A stretch of 63,809 nucleotides of DNA, filler included, from Lenisia limosa (GCA_001655205.1; 21 parts of 21 records of this genome joined end to end with filler, not necessarily neighbours in it); one strand, 5' to 3'; counted from the first letter of the whole stretch, positions 1 to 12,007 are shown. Translations and numbers: made by a program. Notes: generated by a model not told the origin, from the letters alone.

Positions 1-17
1 GTCCTTTTTTTTTTGAG

Positions 18-652
18 TCTGGAACCCCATCATGACCTTTCAGCGCGTGAAGCTCCAGTTGAATGAAGATGCTGCAGAGTTCTCTGCTAGTTTGCGGGGG
101 GGATGGGTTGTTTACTGTGTCACCTGAACGTGTCTTTTTTTCTAACCTTTCTAGTCCAGTCATTATTGAAGATGACAGAGTACGAGAGCAATCTCCGCAC
201 ACATACTCCCAATACTGTCGAGGGCCTCAGCATTTCCATGCAGCGACTCCTCGATCTCATCAAGGGTGCCAGGGACTACGTTGGAAAGGTCATCGTAAGC
301 TGGGAGGTTATTTGTCGCCCAGTGGCTTCTAATCTGACTCCCTTTAGAAAAAAGAAGTTGAGCCAGACCTTCGAGTAGCAGCCCTTCTTGCCGATACTGT
401 TTCTGAGGTAAGTCGAACTGTTCTCTTTTTCTTCGANNNNNNNNNNNNNNNNNNNNNNNNNNNNNNNNNNNNNNNNNNNNNNNNNNNNNNNNNNNNNNNN
501 NNNNNNNNNNNNNNNNNNNNNNNNNNNNNNNNNNNNNNNNNNNNNNNNNNNNNNNNNCTCACAAACCTCACTCGCACACAGGTTGGTTTGTGCCAAGAGG
601 GCTTTTCTGATCTTTTTAGCTCTCACTTGCTGGCAAGCTCCAAGCTCTGTAG
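18..652 (+). CDS. EIF3F: Eukaryotic initiation factor 3 subunit F (MPN family), C-terminal exons, partial
   Basis: Exons 18-89, 155-294, 347-408 and 620-652 splice to TFQRVKLQL..AEFSAIQSLL..NTVEGLSISMQRLLDLIKGARDYVGKVI/KKEVEPDLRVAALLADTVSE..LSLAGKLQAL*. This parallels the plant-type eIF3f C-terminus (SDLEGMEASMERLLALIDDVYKYVDDVVEGRVAPD). GT-AG junctions keep the frame; an N gap lies inside the gene. Confidence 0.72.
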
Positions 653-1047
653 AACAAAACAAATCAATAAAAAAAAGTTACAAAGGTCTTTCTGTGTCAT
701 TTGTTTATACGATAGCCAGAGGCTCCTTTATGTTCCACCAGAAAGAAAACAAGGTAAACAATAAGTGAATCATAAACTACAAATCTAGAAAGGGGATTGG
801 TCGGTGGCAAAGGAGTCCATCATAGCGGGGTTCTTTTCGGGGGTTCTAGCGCGGTAAGTAAACCAGACAATAATTAATAAATTCTTGCAAAATTAATACC
901 CCCAGGACCGCCAAATCAGACCCTCTCCCACCGTGAGGGGTCAACCATAGGGGAAGGGGTGAAACGGGTGTGGGGGGAGGCGGTGATGCTTGAGATGGAA
1001 GAAAGTGGGGTGACTGCTGAAGGAGGGATCTGAAAAGTCAAATGCCA

Positions 1048-1196
1048 TCATGACTGTGGTAAATATTTCACATCAAGCAAGACAATGTCGGATTCAAACC
1101 AGCATACATGTCCAAGTGAGTCGGTGAGTTTGCGGCGAACTCCGTCATTCGAACTCGTATTGGCTGTGAAGAAATGCTGGGACCTATTGAGATAAG
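1048..1196 (-). CDS. Terminal exon of an unknown gene
   Basis: GTGAGT..CAG intron at 1271-1197, then an open frame YLNRSQHFF..LLDVKYLPQS*; no family recognised. Confidence 0.3.
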
Positions 1197-1523
1197 CTGT
1201 GGTTTGAAGTTTCTGAAAAAAATGGAGACAAACAGCAGTTTTACTACGAAACGGGTACTGAAGACTCACCTAGCAGAAGCAGGTGTTGGAGGGGGGATAT
1301 TAGTCATGGGGGTGGGCGGAGGAGACAGGTGAACCGTGTCCCCGCTGGTTGGGTCTGGTGTTCTTGAAGCGACAGGGGGGAAGGCCCCAGGAACTTCAGC
1401 AGCCACGAAAGGGCTCGGAGAGGGTGGAAGATCGTCAAGTAAACGACGGCGAACGGGGGTGGGTTCTCCTCGGGCCGGGCTAAGGGGTCAAATCTCATTA
1501 TGACTTAAGTGCGATACAGATGG

Positions 1524-1623
1524 NNNNNNNNNNNNNNNNNNNNNNNNNNNNNNNNNNNNNNNNNNNNTTAATTAATTAANNNNNNNNNNNNNNNNNNNNN
1601 NNNNNNNNNNNNNNNNNNNNNNN
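1524..1623. other. Artificial scaffold linker (N44-TTAATTAATTAA-N44), first of 20
   Basis: Identical 100-nt spacer with stops in all six frames, starting at 1524, 2694, 5044, 6433, 9165, 11053, 12678, 16845, 31328, 32475, 34689, 39290, 41000, 44415, 47161, 49852, 51402, 57447, 59846 and 62060. Confidence 0.98.
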
Positions 1624-1905
1624 TCATATATAAAGGGGGCTGGATTGACTTTTCCTTATCGCTTCTCGGTAGTCTTTTTTTTACTGCAGGTAAAGATGGG
1701 GGGATGAAGGAGATGTAAATACAAATAGGAGGGTTGTTCATAATGATGCAACAGAATTGTGGTGATTTTTATGAGTATTTTCCTTTGCCAAGGAACGTGG
1801 GCGCGGAAGTTTGGTATAATTTTAATGGTATCTCTATGTATTTATTTGTTTCCCTTGATTCCTAATGTATTATTTCTCTTGTTAAAAATATGACAAACTG
1901 TATAG

Positions 1906-2007
1906 ATCGCAGCGGAGTCGGCAACATCTATTAAGAAGCTCTTTTCAAAGAAATCTGGAACTTCAAGAACTTTCATATCTCAGAACGACCAGTCACCAAT
2001 TTCCGAG
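1906..2007 (+). CDS. Internal exon, unknown protein
   Basis: TAG acceptor and GTAACC donor flank IAAESATSIKKLFSKKSGTSRTFISQNDQSPISE. Confidence 0.3.
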
Positions 2008-2286
2008 GTAACCTGGCTCGGTCGAACATTGATGGAAATGACACAAATAGTTATACTATATCAATATTATTGTGCAATGTGAAGATAACGAATGATTATG
2101 GTTTAATGTGAGGATAGAGAACAATGGTGGTCTATGTTCACCCTCACAGGTCACTCGAATGTTGGAAGTAGACTATAACGAGGGTGAGGACTCAAGTTCA
2201 ACTACGACAAGTGGGGCCGGGGTGATTATGAGGTTTAAGATTCCATGAAATTAATTGAGAAGTGTTTTTTGAAGTGGTATTTATTG

Positions 2287-2373
2287 AGGACTTCACTTCG
2301 GTTCGTAAAAAGACTGAATTTCTCGATAAATAGTCGAAATTTTCCGTATTTTTCAAACCAAAGTGAAGCCCTA
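2287..2373. mobile_element. Family A hAT-type MITE (diverged); a partial second copy lies at 2426-2492
   Basis: TIRs CTTCACTTCGGTTC..AAAAAGAC / TTTTTCAAACCAAAGTGAAGCCCTA match the family consensus; no clean TSD. Confidence 0.8.
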
Positions 2374-2864
2374 GATATAATATACTATATGCATGTATAA
2401 TATGCATATTACTCTGTCTTCTAGTTAGGGTTTCACTTCGGATCGAAAAAGACCTGTGAAATATTGATAGTTTTCGAAGATTTATCGAGATCAATTTGGC
2501 AGGAGCTCTTTGAGTATAGTTTGGTGTGATATTAGGGTGGTCGTCCTCAATATACAGTATATACATATTATATACCTGATTTTTGGCCTGATGCAATACC
2601 CCCATACCCAATATTTCTACCAAGTGTATACCTAGCATCTGAGCTGGACACCCCCCCCCCCATGGGTATATATACATGTGCTCACGGTCCTAANNNNNNN
2701 NNNNNNNNNNNNNNNNNNNNNNNNNNNNNNNNNNNNNTTAATTAATTAANNNNNNNNNNNNNNNNNNNNNNNNNNNNNNNNNNNNNNNNNNNNGGGCCAG
2801 GGAAGAATATCTATATATTTAGGAAGCGAAATGGCTAAAATACGTTTTTTCCATGACAGATGTA

Positions 2865-4650
2865 GCCAAAAAAACAATCTCAACACCGTCCACATCATCG
2901 ATCTAAGGGAGATGAGAAATAAAACAAGGTTGTTGTATCTGGCCGAAGCTGTCCACACCATCACGCTTAATTGGATTATAGTAGAAAATAAATAAATAAA
3001 AAGAATATTAATTCACCCAATTTATTAGAAGATTTTCTGTTGTGCGTGGTGGGTAAGAAAAGTAGATTTTTTTTTAGGGAGTCACACACAACAGATATCC
3101 TTATTCCAAAGCTTATTAACCTCGTATAATCCGGTTTATCGCTAAGATATGAACTGAATTGCATTTATTTAAACGTCTTAGTTATTGTTTTCCACCTGAA
3201 GCTTGGAGGTGTACAGCATCCCTAACACAACCGAATGATGCATCTCAATAATTCAATGCTCTTGAAGGGGGGGGGGGGGNNNNNNNNNNNNNNNNNNNNN
3301 NNNNNNNNNNNNNNNNNNNNNNNNNNNNNNNNNNNNNNNNNNNNNNNNNNNNNNNNNNNNNNNNNNNNNNNNNNNNNNNNNNNNNTTGTCGGACGGTGAG
3401 GTAGATGTCAAGAAGAGTCACGGCAAATACGAGCACTACAATAACGTTAGCAATAAAGGCTATTCTTTTCCGCTGATCTCGCTTAATTACACTGTTCAAT
3501 GATAATATCGAAAGACAAACCTAAAATAGCGGTCATATAGCCGTCAAAAACAGAGTGTACGAGCTCGTCCAACATGTTGTTTCTATACCCGATTGATTCT
3601 TCTAAAAAACAACAAAAAAAAACTCTTTCTCCACTCCACTCAAAACTCAAAAATGAAAAAAAAAAACAAGAAACTAGGATCATAGATCCGGTCTTGGACT
3701 GGAATTTCGGCATGCTTGGATGCCGCTTCATCACATATTCCTTTCCAAATGGCATGTTTTCATTTTGTTTGCATTTTGTTTGACGGGGGACAGCCTCGGT
3801 CCGTGTTTGTCCAGCCTAGGAGGCATATATCGTCAGAATATACCTCCTAGGTCCCATTTGTGCAACATTCAAGTGCCATGTGACGTTAACATCTTATATG
3901 GGGTATTCCCGGTAGGTACCAGAGCTTCGAGGATAAGGAGTCGCTGTTCTTCATTGCGGAAGCAGGAGGTATGTTGAACGTTGAATATTATTAAACAATA
4001 AAAAGGCACACATTCCGATCCTATACTCTCGCTTCACAGATTTGAAAAAGATCACACAATCTATCACACAAGTCATTTTAGACGATCTCAAAACAGAAAC
4101 AAAAGGAGGAAAAATAAACACTATTAAATAAAACAGCTGAATTAACTAGATGCATCCTGAGGTAATTAGGGCAATATGTAGAGATGAAATAAAAGTAGCC
4201 GAGGTGGTATTTACAAACTCCAACAAACATACCTATGAAAAGAGATGCTTCAGCGAAAGGTACATTTCATCTCCTCGCCACCTAAAGGAAAATCAGAAAA
4301 ATAGGTGGATTTTCAAATAGCGTGAAAAAATTAATGCCCCTACTTTATATTTTTGAGCTATATAGACCTCCCATTAAATATAAATGTCTACNNNNNNNNN
4401 NNNNNNNNNNNNNNNNNNNNNNNNNNNNNNNNNNNNNNNNNNNNNNNNNNNNNNNNNNNNNNNNNNATGTGAGTTCCCAACGAAAATCGGTCAAGACTTA
4501 AACCAGTCACTGTATATATTACCTCCCCTCCCGCCTTCCCCACTTCATATTCTTGAGAAGGATGGAGGCCTGGGACTGCTGCCGGACCGGCGCGGGTCTT
4601 CGCGGTAATGCGTCCGAGAGGATGTCGGCTTCCTGCAACGATATTGTGGG
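2865..4650 (-). CDS. Multi-exon probable membrane protein, partial, unknown
   Basis: Scattered minus-strand exons: PTISLQEADILSDALPRRP (ending at 4650), NNMLDEL, RDQRKRIAFIANVIVVLVFAVTLLDIYLTVRQ (TM-like) and IDDVDGVEI; splicing is ambiguous. Confidence 0.4.
2912..3022 (-). repeat. Family C dispersed repeat
   Basis: AAACAAGGTTG..TATCTGGCCGAAGCTGTCCACACCATCACGCTT..ATTAATTCACCCAAT. Other copies or fragments at about 5003-5043, 9981-10050, 10195-10222, 11153-11178, 11720-11876, 13000-13071, 17870-17963, 32921-33028, 33876-33900, 39262-39289, 40650-40745, 50690-50752 and 51035-51082. Confidence 0.85.
4467..4512. mobile_element. Family B MITE, right half (left part lost in an N gap)
   Basis: AAATCGGTCAAGACTTAAACCAGTCACTG followed by TA. 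Confidence 0.75.
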
Positions 4651-4737
4651 CTGGGGGGAATTAGAAGATATATGAAACAAAACAAAAAAGCCCAAAATCA
4701 AATCTGTTGGTTGACAACCCACGAGGGTTAAGAACAA
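4651..4737 (-). repeat. Family D dispersed repeat ending at a splice acceptor
   Basis: The sense strand reads ..TTGGGCTTTTTTGTTTTGTTTCATATATCTTCTAATTCCCCCCAG|exon. Other copies at about 17468-17600, 19733-19825, 33290-33492 (tandem pair), 37127-37258, 40925-40999, 42943-43030, 50930-50985, 51502-51535 and 52007-52132. Confidence 0.85.
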
Positions 4738-5199
4738 TGAAACAAATGAGGGGGAGCTTGAGTCCTTTCACAATTGGATTGTGGAAAAATTAGGGCTCCG
4801 TGCAGTTTATTGAAAAATAATTTTCAAAATTTCAAGTGACATATTGTAACGAGAAACCCATTTTCAGACACATTAAATCAAATTTTGTCAATTATTATCA
4901 TCAAAAAATTAACTGCACGGACTCGTACAAAAACAATCAACAATTGTTCCTCAGCTGAACAAGTTCATATAATGATAGAGTATTTCTATCATCTTAGATC
5001 ATATATAGTAATGAGAAAAAAAAAAAAAAAACAAGGTTGTATCNNNNNNNNNNNNNNNNNNNNNNNNNNNNNNNNNNNNNNNNNNNNTTAATTAATTAAN
5101 NNNNNNNNNNNNNNNNNNNNNNNNNNNNNNNNNNNNNNNNNNNTGATGTCATCTGATCTCTGATCTGTATTACTTCCTTGTAGTTTTATTGTGTGGTTT

Positions 5200-6360
5200 C
5201 TTGTCTTAGTGGTCTGCCTGATGGGTTTACTGTTTCAATCGTTTTAGACTTTCTTTTCCAACAAATGTACTTTTCATATCATATTCTTTTCTTGTGTGAT
5301 GAAAGTGGAGAAGGACAATTACTGCGCATCTACTTGGAAAAAACCTGGGATTCCGATATTTTACACGGGAATCCCATGGAATTTTTTGAAGAAATTTATG
5401 GGATTGCCTAATATCACAAGGGAATCCCAAGTCCATGCGCCGCAGTGGCGGGCGGGCGGGCGGGTTATTGACAGTGATCCGTGATCTTCATGGATATTGA
5501 CTTACAATATGTCAAGAGACATTACACAACGTTCTCGATTGCATTTCCTATGTAGTGTTACGGGAGAGAGAGTTTTCTTTATTCGCTCATAATGCATCAT
5601 ATCAGATATGATATGATATATATATCCCGACTTTTTTTGCTGTTTAACAACTCGTCAAATCCAGATTCAGAAAAGAGTAAATATCATATACAATACATTA
5701 TTATACATTGAAAAAGTACAGAGGCAACAAAAATATTTTGGGGTATAAGAACGAACAGTGGAATTGAATTAGAACTGAAGCCCTAAGCATCAATGTGAGG
5801 GAGGTACAATGTTGGCACTGCCCATCCCCTTGAAACGGCCGTACAATGTGCTGCAAGAAGACCGGCAATCTGGAGGTATGTGAAGATAAAATGGAAAATT
5901 AGGAAACAAAACTCAAGAATCGTTTTGACCAAACATCTGAGAGACAGAGGATTCTTGAGAATATTTTTCCATACCCAGAAACAACGCTGTTTGGATTCGA
6001 GACAGAAGTGAATTTACCATTGGTGTGTGATTTATGAAGTACGTCTTTATTTTCTTCGGGAACCCCTGCCCTCAAACCTCTGCCAGATCCTGGATTCTGG
6101 CTTTTGGGGGTTCGTCAGCTTCAACAGGTTGTTGCACCAGTGCGAACCAAGCGCGAAGAGTTCCCGAAGGCAATTCTGGGGGAATAAGATTGGACCGTAC
6201 AATGAACATATTATGTATGATATACTATTGTCACCCACCTTGTATATTCTTGATGCTGTTGGTGATGACAGTGTCAAACTCCTCAAAGGCCAAAAGAGAC
6301 TCTCCCTCAACGTCTTGTGCCGAAAGGGGCAGCAAAAATCTGAGGAAATAAAGGGGAGGG
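5200..6360 (+). CDS. Multi-exon gene fragment, unknown
   Basis: GC-richer blocks with GT/AG flanks, e.g. RYNVGTAHPLETAVQCAARRPAIW and DPGFWLLGVRQLQQVVAPVRTKREEFPK; frame and family unresolved. Confidence 0.3.
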
Positions 6361-7138
6361 GTAGAGAATGATAAAATAAAACAATTATAGGATACATAAA
6401 AAATAGCAATGGGAATAATAAAAAAAAAAACANNNNNNNNNNNNNNNNNNNNNNNNNNNNNNNNNNNNNNNNNNNNTTAATTAATTAANNNNNNNNNNNN
6501 NNNNNNNNNNNNNNNNNNNNNNNNNNNNNNNNCCAAAGAGCAAGGGTTTCTTCAAAATTGTGTGAACGGATTGGAATGTGAACGGCATGGAGTAGATAAC
6601 TTCACTTTCTTCCTAAAAAACAATCCTTGGAGCATATGGAGATAGTTTCAATCTTATTTAATAATTATTGGTCTTACTTTGTGTGGTAGTGAAAGCTGTT
6701 GTGTCAACTTGGTTAACAGTAAAATTAGTAATGCCACATTACGTAGCTTTTGATAGAGTCACCAGAATGATCCAAGTTCATCACCCGATCTCACCAAATG
6801 CTTTTAGAGCCTTGAAAACCCGCTGGTATCCTCGCAATCCACCATTAGCACCCTCAAGGCGCCTTCTTTAAATGTGGCTGAAGGTAAGGGGCGTCATGTA
6901 TATCATCCATGTAATTATTGACTCCGTGCATTGTTAATTTTGAAATTAATAATAATAAAATTTCGGGCGAGACATAATACTGTAATTAGAATTCCATTTC
7001 ACTTCAAACTTCAACAATTAATTGAAGGGAGCATACGTATTTATTTTGAAGCGAAAGGCTGAGCTTCGAACGAATCGAAACACTAAACTAACATATAATA
7101 TATATCATATCATGTACATGTATGATATATTATACATA

Positions 7139-7215
7139 CAGTGACCGGATAAGTCTTGACCGATTTGCTAAAGGATTTCCCAAGGAAAATATGTCAAGAC
7201 TTACCCCGGTTACTT
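7139..7215. mobile_element. Family B Tc1/mariner-pogo-type MITE
   Basis: TA|CAGTGACCGGATAAGTCTTGAC..GTCAAGACTTACCCCGGTTACTT|TA. Confidence 0.8.
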
Positions 7216-7327
7216 TATATTATATCCATCTACTATATATGATATGTAGTAGATATCATATGTATTACAGCATCTTACTGTAATACAAAAACACTTATTA
7301 CCCTGAAACAAAGTGCTGACATCGAGT

Positions 7328-9117
7328 AGATCCAGTAGTGGTTGAGAGTCCTCCCCCCTCACCGCATCCCTCTGAAGAGGCTCAGTCAGACCCTGTTTCT
7401 GTCATTCTTCCGGTGGATGTTGACAATCATATGGTTTGTAGGGCTCCAAATTATAACTAGGGCTTCCCTGCGGTCCCAAAAAAGACAGAATTTACCGATA
7501 AATTCTTGATAAATATCGATATTTTGAGGGTATTTTTCGGAAGCCCAAATTATAACCTCTAGATCAACCCCTATCTAGACTGGGGTGAATCTTTCATAAT
7601 TGTCAGTACAGCTTCACTTCGGTTCCAAAAAAGACTAAATGTCTCGATAAATCCTCGAAAATTATCGATATTTTCCTGGTATTCGAACCGAAGTGAAGCC
7701 CTAGTCAGAAACCACGTGACCCCCCTCTCTCCACCCCTTGTATTCGAGTTGATTATTGGGAAATTTTAAAATCAAGGTTTCTCGAAATGAATCATATAAT
7801 GTCTTAATGTCTTTTCGGATACCGCATCATTTATGGTTTTTTTTAACTAAAGACACTAAAAAATTCGACCGCGTTTGTGTAGAATGGGCCTTATACCTGG
7901 GGATAATACACATCTGTAGATTAGAACCGGATCAGGCCGATTCAGGTTTTGATCAGATATCATCATTCGGCAGCCACCTCTATTTAGATGAACCCTCATC
8001 TTTGCAGCTGCCGACGGGTCGGGATTGGACAGGTCTCGCCGGCTTAACCGTTAACATTGAGGCCGCCTCTCCTGCTCAGGTCCGGGCGTTTTACTCTGTC
8101 AAGGCTGGGGTGGGAGGGGATTTGTGATATTGTTCCAAAATGCAGAGGGTTTTTTTTACGATTTGTGATATTGTACCAAAATGTAGAGGGTTTTTTTACG
8201 ATTTGTGATATTGTACCAAAATGATATCTTGTATTGATCTTCACTGTCGGTTCCAAAAGACTGATAAAATATCGATATTTATCGAGGATTTATTGAGAAT
8301 TCAGTCTTTTTTGGAACTGAAAGGGAAGTTCTACTCATGTAGAAGTTTGTTTTTTCGATTCAATACCAAATCATAACCTCACTTCTTATCGTCACGTTCC
8401 AGGCACTTTTGACCTCTGGTTACAACCCTTCAAAAGACACGGTCAAACCGAAGTTGCCATCAACACCTCAAGTTTTGTTCTCCCCTGAGCCACTTCTGGC
8501 CTCTTCAAAGGAAGGTTTTTGGGGATACGGATGATATGTAGGGATTCACTTCCTTTCGAAAAAGACAGGGCTTCACTTTGGTTCGAAAAAAGATTGAGTT
8601 TCTCGATATATCCCCGGAAACTATCGATATTTTCCCGGTAAGGCTTCACTCTGGTAGGTATCGAGATATTCACACATTTTCAGGGTTTATCTGACCGAGC
8701 TCTATACTTATTATACATATGATATATAATATCATATAATTCAGCACAATAACAAACAGTTCTGGGTAAACCATTGTAAGGAAGCAAATTATTGTTTCTT
8801 GGGTTCACCCCCCATCCTCCCCCAGATATATCGTCAGTTTCAACATCTTATTGAGGCTTATGCTCTTGTGTCAAACATAATTAGGGATTCACTTCGTTTC
8901 AAAAAAGACCGATACAATATCTATCGAATCAAGAAATTCATCCTCTTTTTTTGAACCAAAGTGAAGCCCTAAACATAATAGTTTTGTGAGAGCGAGACAA
9001 ATTTTGGAATAGCAATTCCAAGAACATGAAATTGAATATTGCTGTTTTAACCATTACAGTAAGCTACACAACTTCTATGACGTCACGAACCCCGGAGAGC
9101 CCCTTTGACCCTTCTGG
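7328..9117 (+). CDS. Multi-exon gene fragment with MITE-rich introns, unknown
   Basis: Putative exons near 7330-7410, 7970-8109 (SHLYLDEPSSLQLPTGRDWTG..), 8403-8514 and 9065-9117 (YNFYDVTNPESPFDPS|gtgagc). Confidence 0.3.
7458..7548. mobile_element. Family A hAT MITE with perfect 8-bp TSD
   Basis: ATTATAAC|TAGGGCTTCC..GGAAGCCCAA|ATTATAAC. Confidence 0.88.
7607..7703. mobile_element. Family A hAT MITE
   Basis: GCTTCACTTCGGTTCCAAAAAAGAC..TTCGAACCGAAGTGAAGCCCTA; GTCAG on both flanks may be an eroded TSD. Confidence 0.85.
8119..8223. repeat. Intronic tandem repeat, ~40-bp unit x2.6
   Basis: Unit GATTTGTGATATTGTACCAAAATGTAGAGGGTTTTTTTAC. Confidence 0.9.
8234..8333. mobile_element. Family A hAT MITE (diverged)
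   Basis: Both TIRs recognisable; flanks ATCTTGTA / CTCATGTA match at 6 of 8 positions. Confidence 0.78.
8539..8660. mobile_element. Family A composite (three left-TIR starts at 8539, 8566 and ~8639)
   Basis: TAGGGATTCACTTC..AAAAAGAC directly followed by CAGGGCTTCACTTTGGTTCG.., then AAGGCTTCACTCTGG. Confidence 0.7.
8882..8971. mobile_element. Family A hAT MITE with perfect 8-bp TSD
   Basis: AACATAAT|TAGGGATTCAC..GTGAAGCCCTA|AACATAAT. Confidence 0.9.
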
Positions 9118-9466
9118 TGAGCGCAATTACACCCACGACTTCATTACCATTATGTCCACCCCTCNNNNNNNNNNNNNNNNNNNNNNNNNNNNNNNNNNNN
9201 NNNNNNNNTTAATTAATTAANNNNNNNNNNNNNNNNNNNNNNNNNNNNNNNNNNNNNNNNNNNNCCTACTTATCCAAACAATTCTAGACCATCACACACC
9301 CCTGACGAGCATAAAACGTCCGCCCAATCAAAGGTCTTCTCATCAACGACAACTCAATGCGCTGAGGTCCAAAATCCTCCAGGCAGTTAACTACAGAAAA
9401 CGGTTTGCGTACAATACACCCTGCGCTATGCTCCGTATTAACTTTTCATATTAGTACCCATGTATG

Positions 9467-9566
9467 TAGGGCTTCACTTTGGTCCGGAAAAGACCGGTAA
9501 AATAACGATAATTTTCGAGGATTTATCGAGAAATTCAGTCTTTTTTCGAACCTTAGTGAAGCCCCC
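9467..9566. mobile_element. Family A hAT MITE, near-consensus, right end merged into a poly-C run
   Basis: TAGGGCTTCACTTTGGTCCGGAAAAGACC..GTCTTTTTTCGAACCTTAGTGAAGCCCCCCC. Confidence 0.85.
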
Positions 9567-10479
9567 CCCCCCCCATNNNNNNNNNNNNNNNNNNNNNNNN
9601 NNNNNNNNNNNNNNNNNNNNNNNNNNNNNNNNNNNNNNNNNNNNNNNNNNNNNNNNNNNNNNNNNNNNNNNNNNNNNNNNNNNNNNNNNNNNNNNNNNNN
9701 NNNNCCTTTTGCACCATTTTGATTCTCTTTGCTGTTACGTATTACTCCCTCTTTTCCGTAAGTTGGTTTTCATTTATACATGTATTATCCCCACATAGGT
9801 TTGGATTTGTTTTTAAATAGCTGATTGTAATACATTTGTCTTTTATTGTTCAGCAACCCCTGTGGTTGGAAGTTCGTATCCCGCACCTCTTGGACCTCAG
9901 TAAGAGCTCAATGACATGCTACGCTGAGGCCTTTGTTTTCAACCCCAATCTTCATGGTGGGCTATATTGAACTTCTTTCCTGTGTACACAGAGTTGTAAG
10001 GTAAATGATTGGTGAATTAATATGATACTATAATTTACTATCACGCCCATTAGAGATATTGGGAGGACAATAAGACAAGAAAAGCACACCATGTGTATTT
10101 AAAAGTGAAACCTTTTGAACAAAATGTTTGTTTTTTGGAGAAAAATACAGTTATAAAAAAGGAATGTAATTCTAATATCGTGTGATAAACTACAAGTAGC
10201 AATATCTCTTATAAGCGTGATGNNNNNNNNNNNNNNNNNNNNNNNNNNNNNNNNNNNNNNNNNNNNNNNNNNNNNNNNNNATGAATTTAAAAAAAAATTT
10301 AAAATTGTAATATTGTATCTAGAACTCATTTCAGCGATTCTTATTAAAATAAAAATATTTGTCAATCAATTTCCCCAAAAACACAGTTGCACGTCCTATT
10401 ATTATCTTATGTTGGGTTTTTGTTGTACCTCGTTCTATTTTTTTTTTTTCAACCTCAATCTTAATGCAGTATTCTTCAC

Positions 10480-10830
10480 GTCTTCTCTCATCATGGACCG
10501 CATCGACTACCACCATCAAAAAAGACTTCAGAAAAAAATGACATAGAAACAGATACAAGAAATAAAAACGAAACAAAGGGCTTGCTGCTGTGCTCCACAG
10601 ATATCATCGTCCGCTTGAAGAACTCCTTCTTGTGCTGAGGCGCGACTCCATTTCTTCCTTCTCTTAGGGTGTTTGAATGTAGCTCTGGAACATAGCCGTC
10701 TTCTTGAGGGAAGAGTGGCTCCCCGAAGCCGTCTTCATAATTATCTACATATGATAAGAAAACAGGAGCGCATACCAACGCTAAGACCGCTTGGGACCTG
10801 AACTGCGTATTTCCTCAAGGCAGTTGCCTC
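10480..10830 (-). CDS. Gene fragment, unknown
   Basis: Exon DNYEDGFGEPLFPQEDGYVPELHSNTLREGRNGVAPQHKKEFFKRTMISVEHSSKPF between a TAG acceptor and a GT donor. Confidence 0.35.
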
Positions 10831-11719
10831 TGGAGCGCTTTTCACGCCTAAATCTCACAAACACATAAATATTCATTATTTAAGAAAGAAAAAATATAAA
10901 TATATGTATTCACTTTTCCCACTTTTTCTAATATTTGAAGTCTGAATAGGAAAACAGAAAAATTTTTAAAAAATACTACTCTGTAGAAAATATTATATTA
11001 ATAATTGATAACTTAATCGCAATAAAATGTGATGTTTTTTGTTCTTTCAAAANNNNNNNNNNNNNNNNNNNNNNNNNNNNNNNNNNNNNNNNNNNNTTAA
11101 TTAATTAANNNNNNNNNNNNNNNNNNNNNNNNNNNNNNNNNNNNNNNNNNNNTCGGCCAGATACATCCTTATTTTTCATGCTATATATAATATTCAATGA
11201 AGGAATGGGGGAGAAATACAGCAAGTTGTATCTTGCGAAGCCTTACACAGCATCACGCTATTAGAGAAGAGTATTACATCAGATTCATTCACTCAATAAA
11301 TCGAATTAATCCGAACAAGCATAAAATCCTGTATTCCAATAGAACTAATACGCTCGATGTGTCGACTTTTTGTTTTGAATCTCTAACCCCTTTAGGAAAC
11401 CTCATCAGTTCTCTCTCTTGATGATGTAAGGGTGGTTTTCTCTTATGGCAGTTTCCTTATACGGCTTGGTAGTTTTTAATATGGCTGTGTAACAGTTTGT
11501 TCCCCCCCCCCTCCCCCAATATAAAAACTATCGAGGATATATCGAGAACTCAGTCTTTTATTGAACCGAAAGTGAAGCTCTATTATGAACCCTCATGTTC
11601 CAAATGCTTATCCGACAGTGACGTTTCTGAGTATTATTTATTGATACAATTTTCCCCATTTTCTATCCTCCTCTCCCACTTCTCTAGTCGTATATACCAT
11701 AGTCATTGCCTTATATGTA

Positions 11720-11876
11720 TAGCAATGAGAAATATGTAAACAAGGTTGTAACTGGCCGAAGCTATCCAAACCATCACGCTTAGAAGAGATTTGAATTATT
11801 GTGTGATATTAATCCACCCAATCATTTGCTTCCAACTCTGTGTACACAGCTTTCTGCGTGCCTCCCCAGCATATTC
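11720..11876 (-). repeat. Family C, most complete copy
   Basis: Carries both shared ends (TATAGCAATGAGAAAT.. and ..GTGCCTCCCCAGCATATT) and the CACAG-CTTT-CTG(C/T)G hairpin. Confidence 0.85.
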
Positions 11877-11898
11877 CATGTACTAATACACCCCCCAG

Positions 11899-12007
11899 GT
11901 CTACGTAGAGTCCAAGGAAATTGCCGCCTGGATACCCCATGCCGTGATTGAGTCAATGGCGTTCTGCGGCGCCGCAATCCGAATTCTCAAAAAGGCCAAT
12001 GCAAAAG
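11899..12007 (+). CDS. Internal exon, unknown protein
   Basis: CTAAT..CCCCCCAG acceptor and GTATGC donor flank VYVESKEIAAWIPHAVIESMAFCGAAIRILKKANAK. Confidence 0.45.

Noticed and set aside
1568-1579. TTAATTAATTAA recurring 20 times as a possible conserved motif or spaced-repeat array
   Set aside because: It is always embedded in exactly 44 N on each side, so it is an assembly spacer. ORFs ending in ..XXXLIN are artefacts of it.
5345-5408. Two overlapping short inverted repeats (GGGATTCC/GGAATCCC; AATCCCAT/ATGGGATT)
   Set aside because: Single occurrence with 8-bp arms; cannot be distinguished from chance or a decayed element.
8881-8886. TTAGGG/CCCTAA as telomeric repeats
   Set aside because: These are single occurrences formed by MITE A termini plus the flank; there is no tandem array.
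7139-8971. Clustered palindromic repeats as a CRISPR-like or REP-like array
   Set aside because: Spacing is irregular, the context is eukaryotic introns, and TIR/TSD structure identifies them as MITEs.
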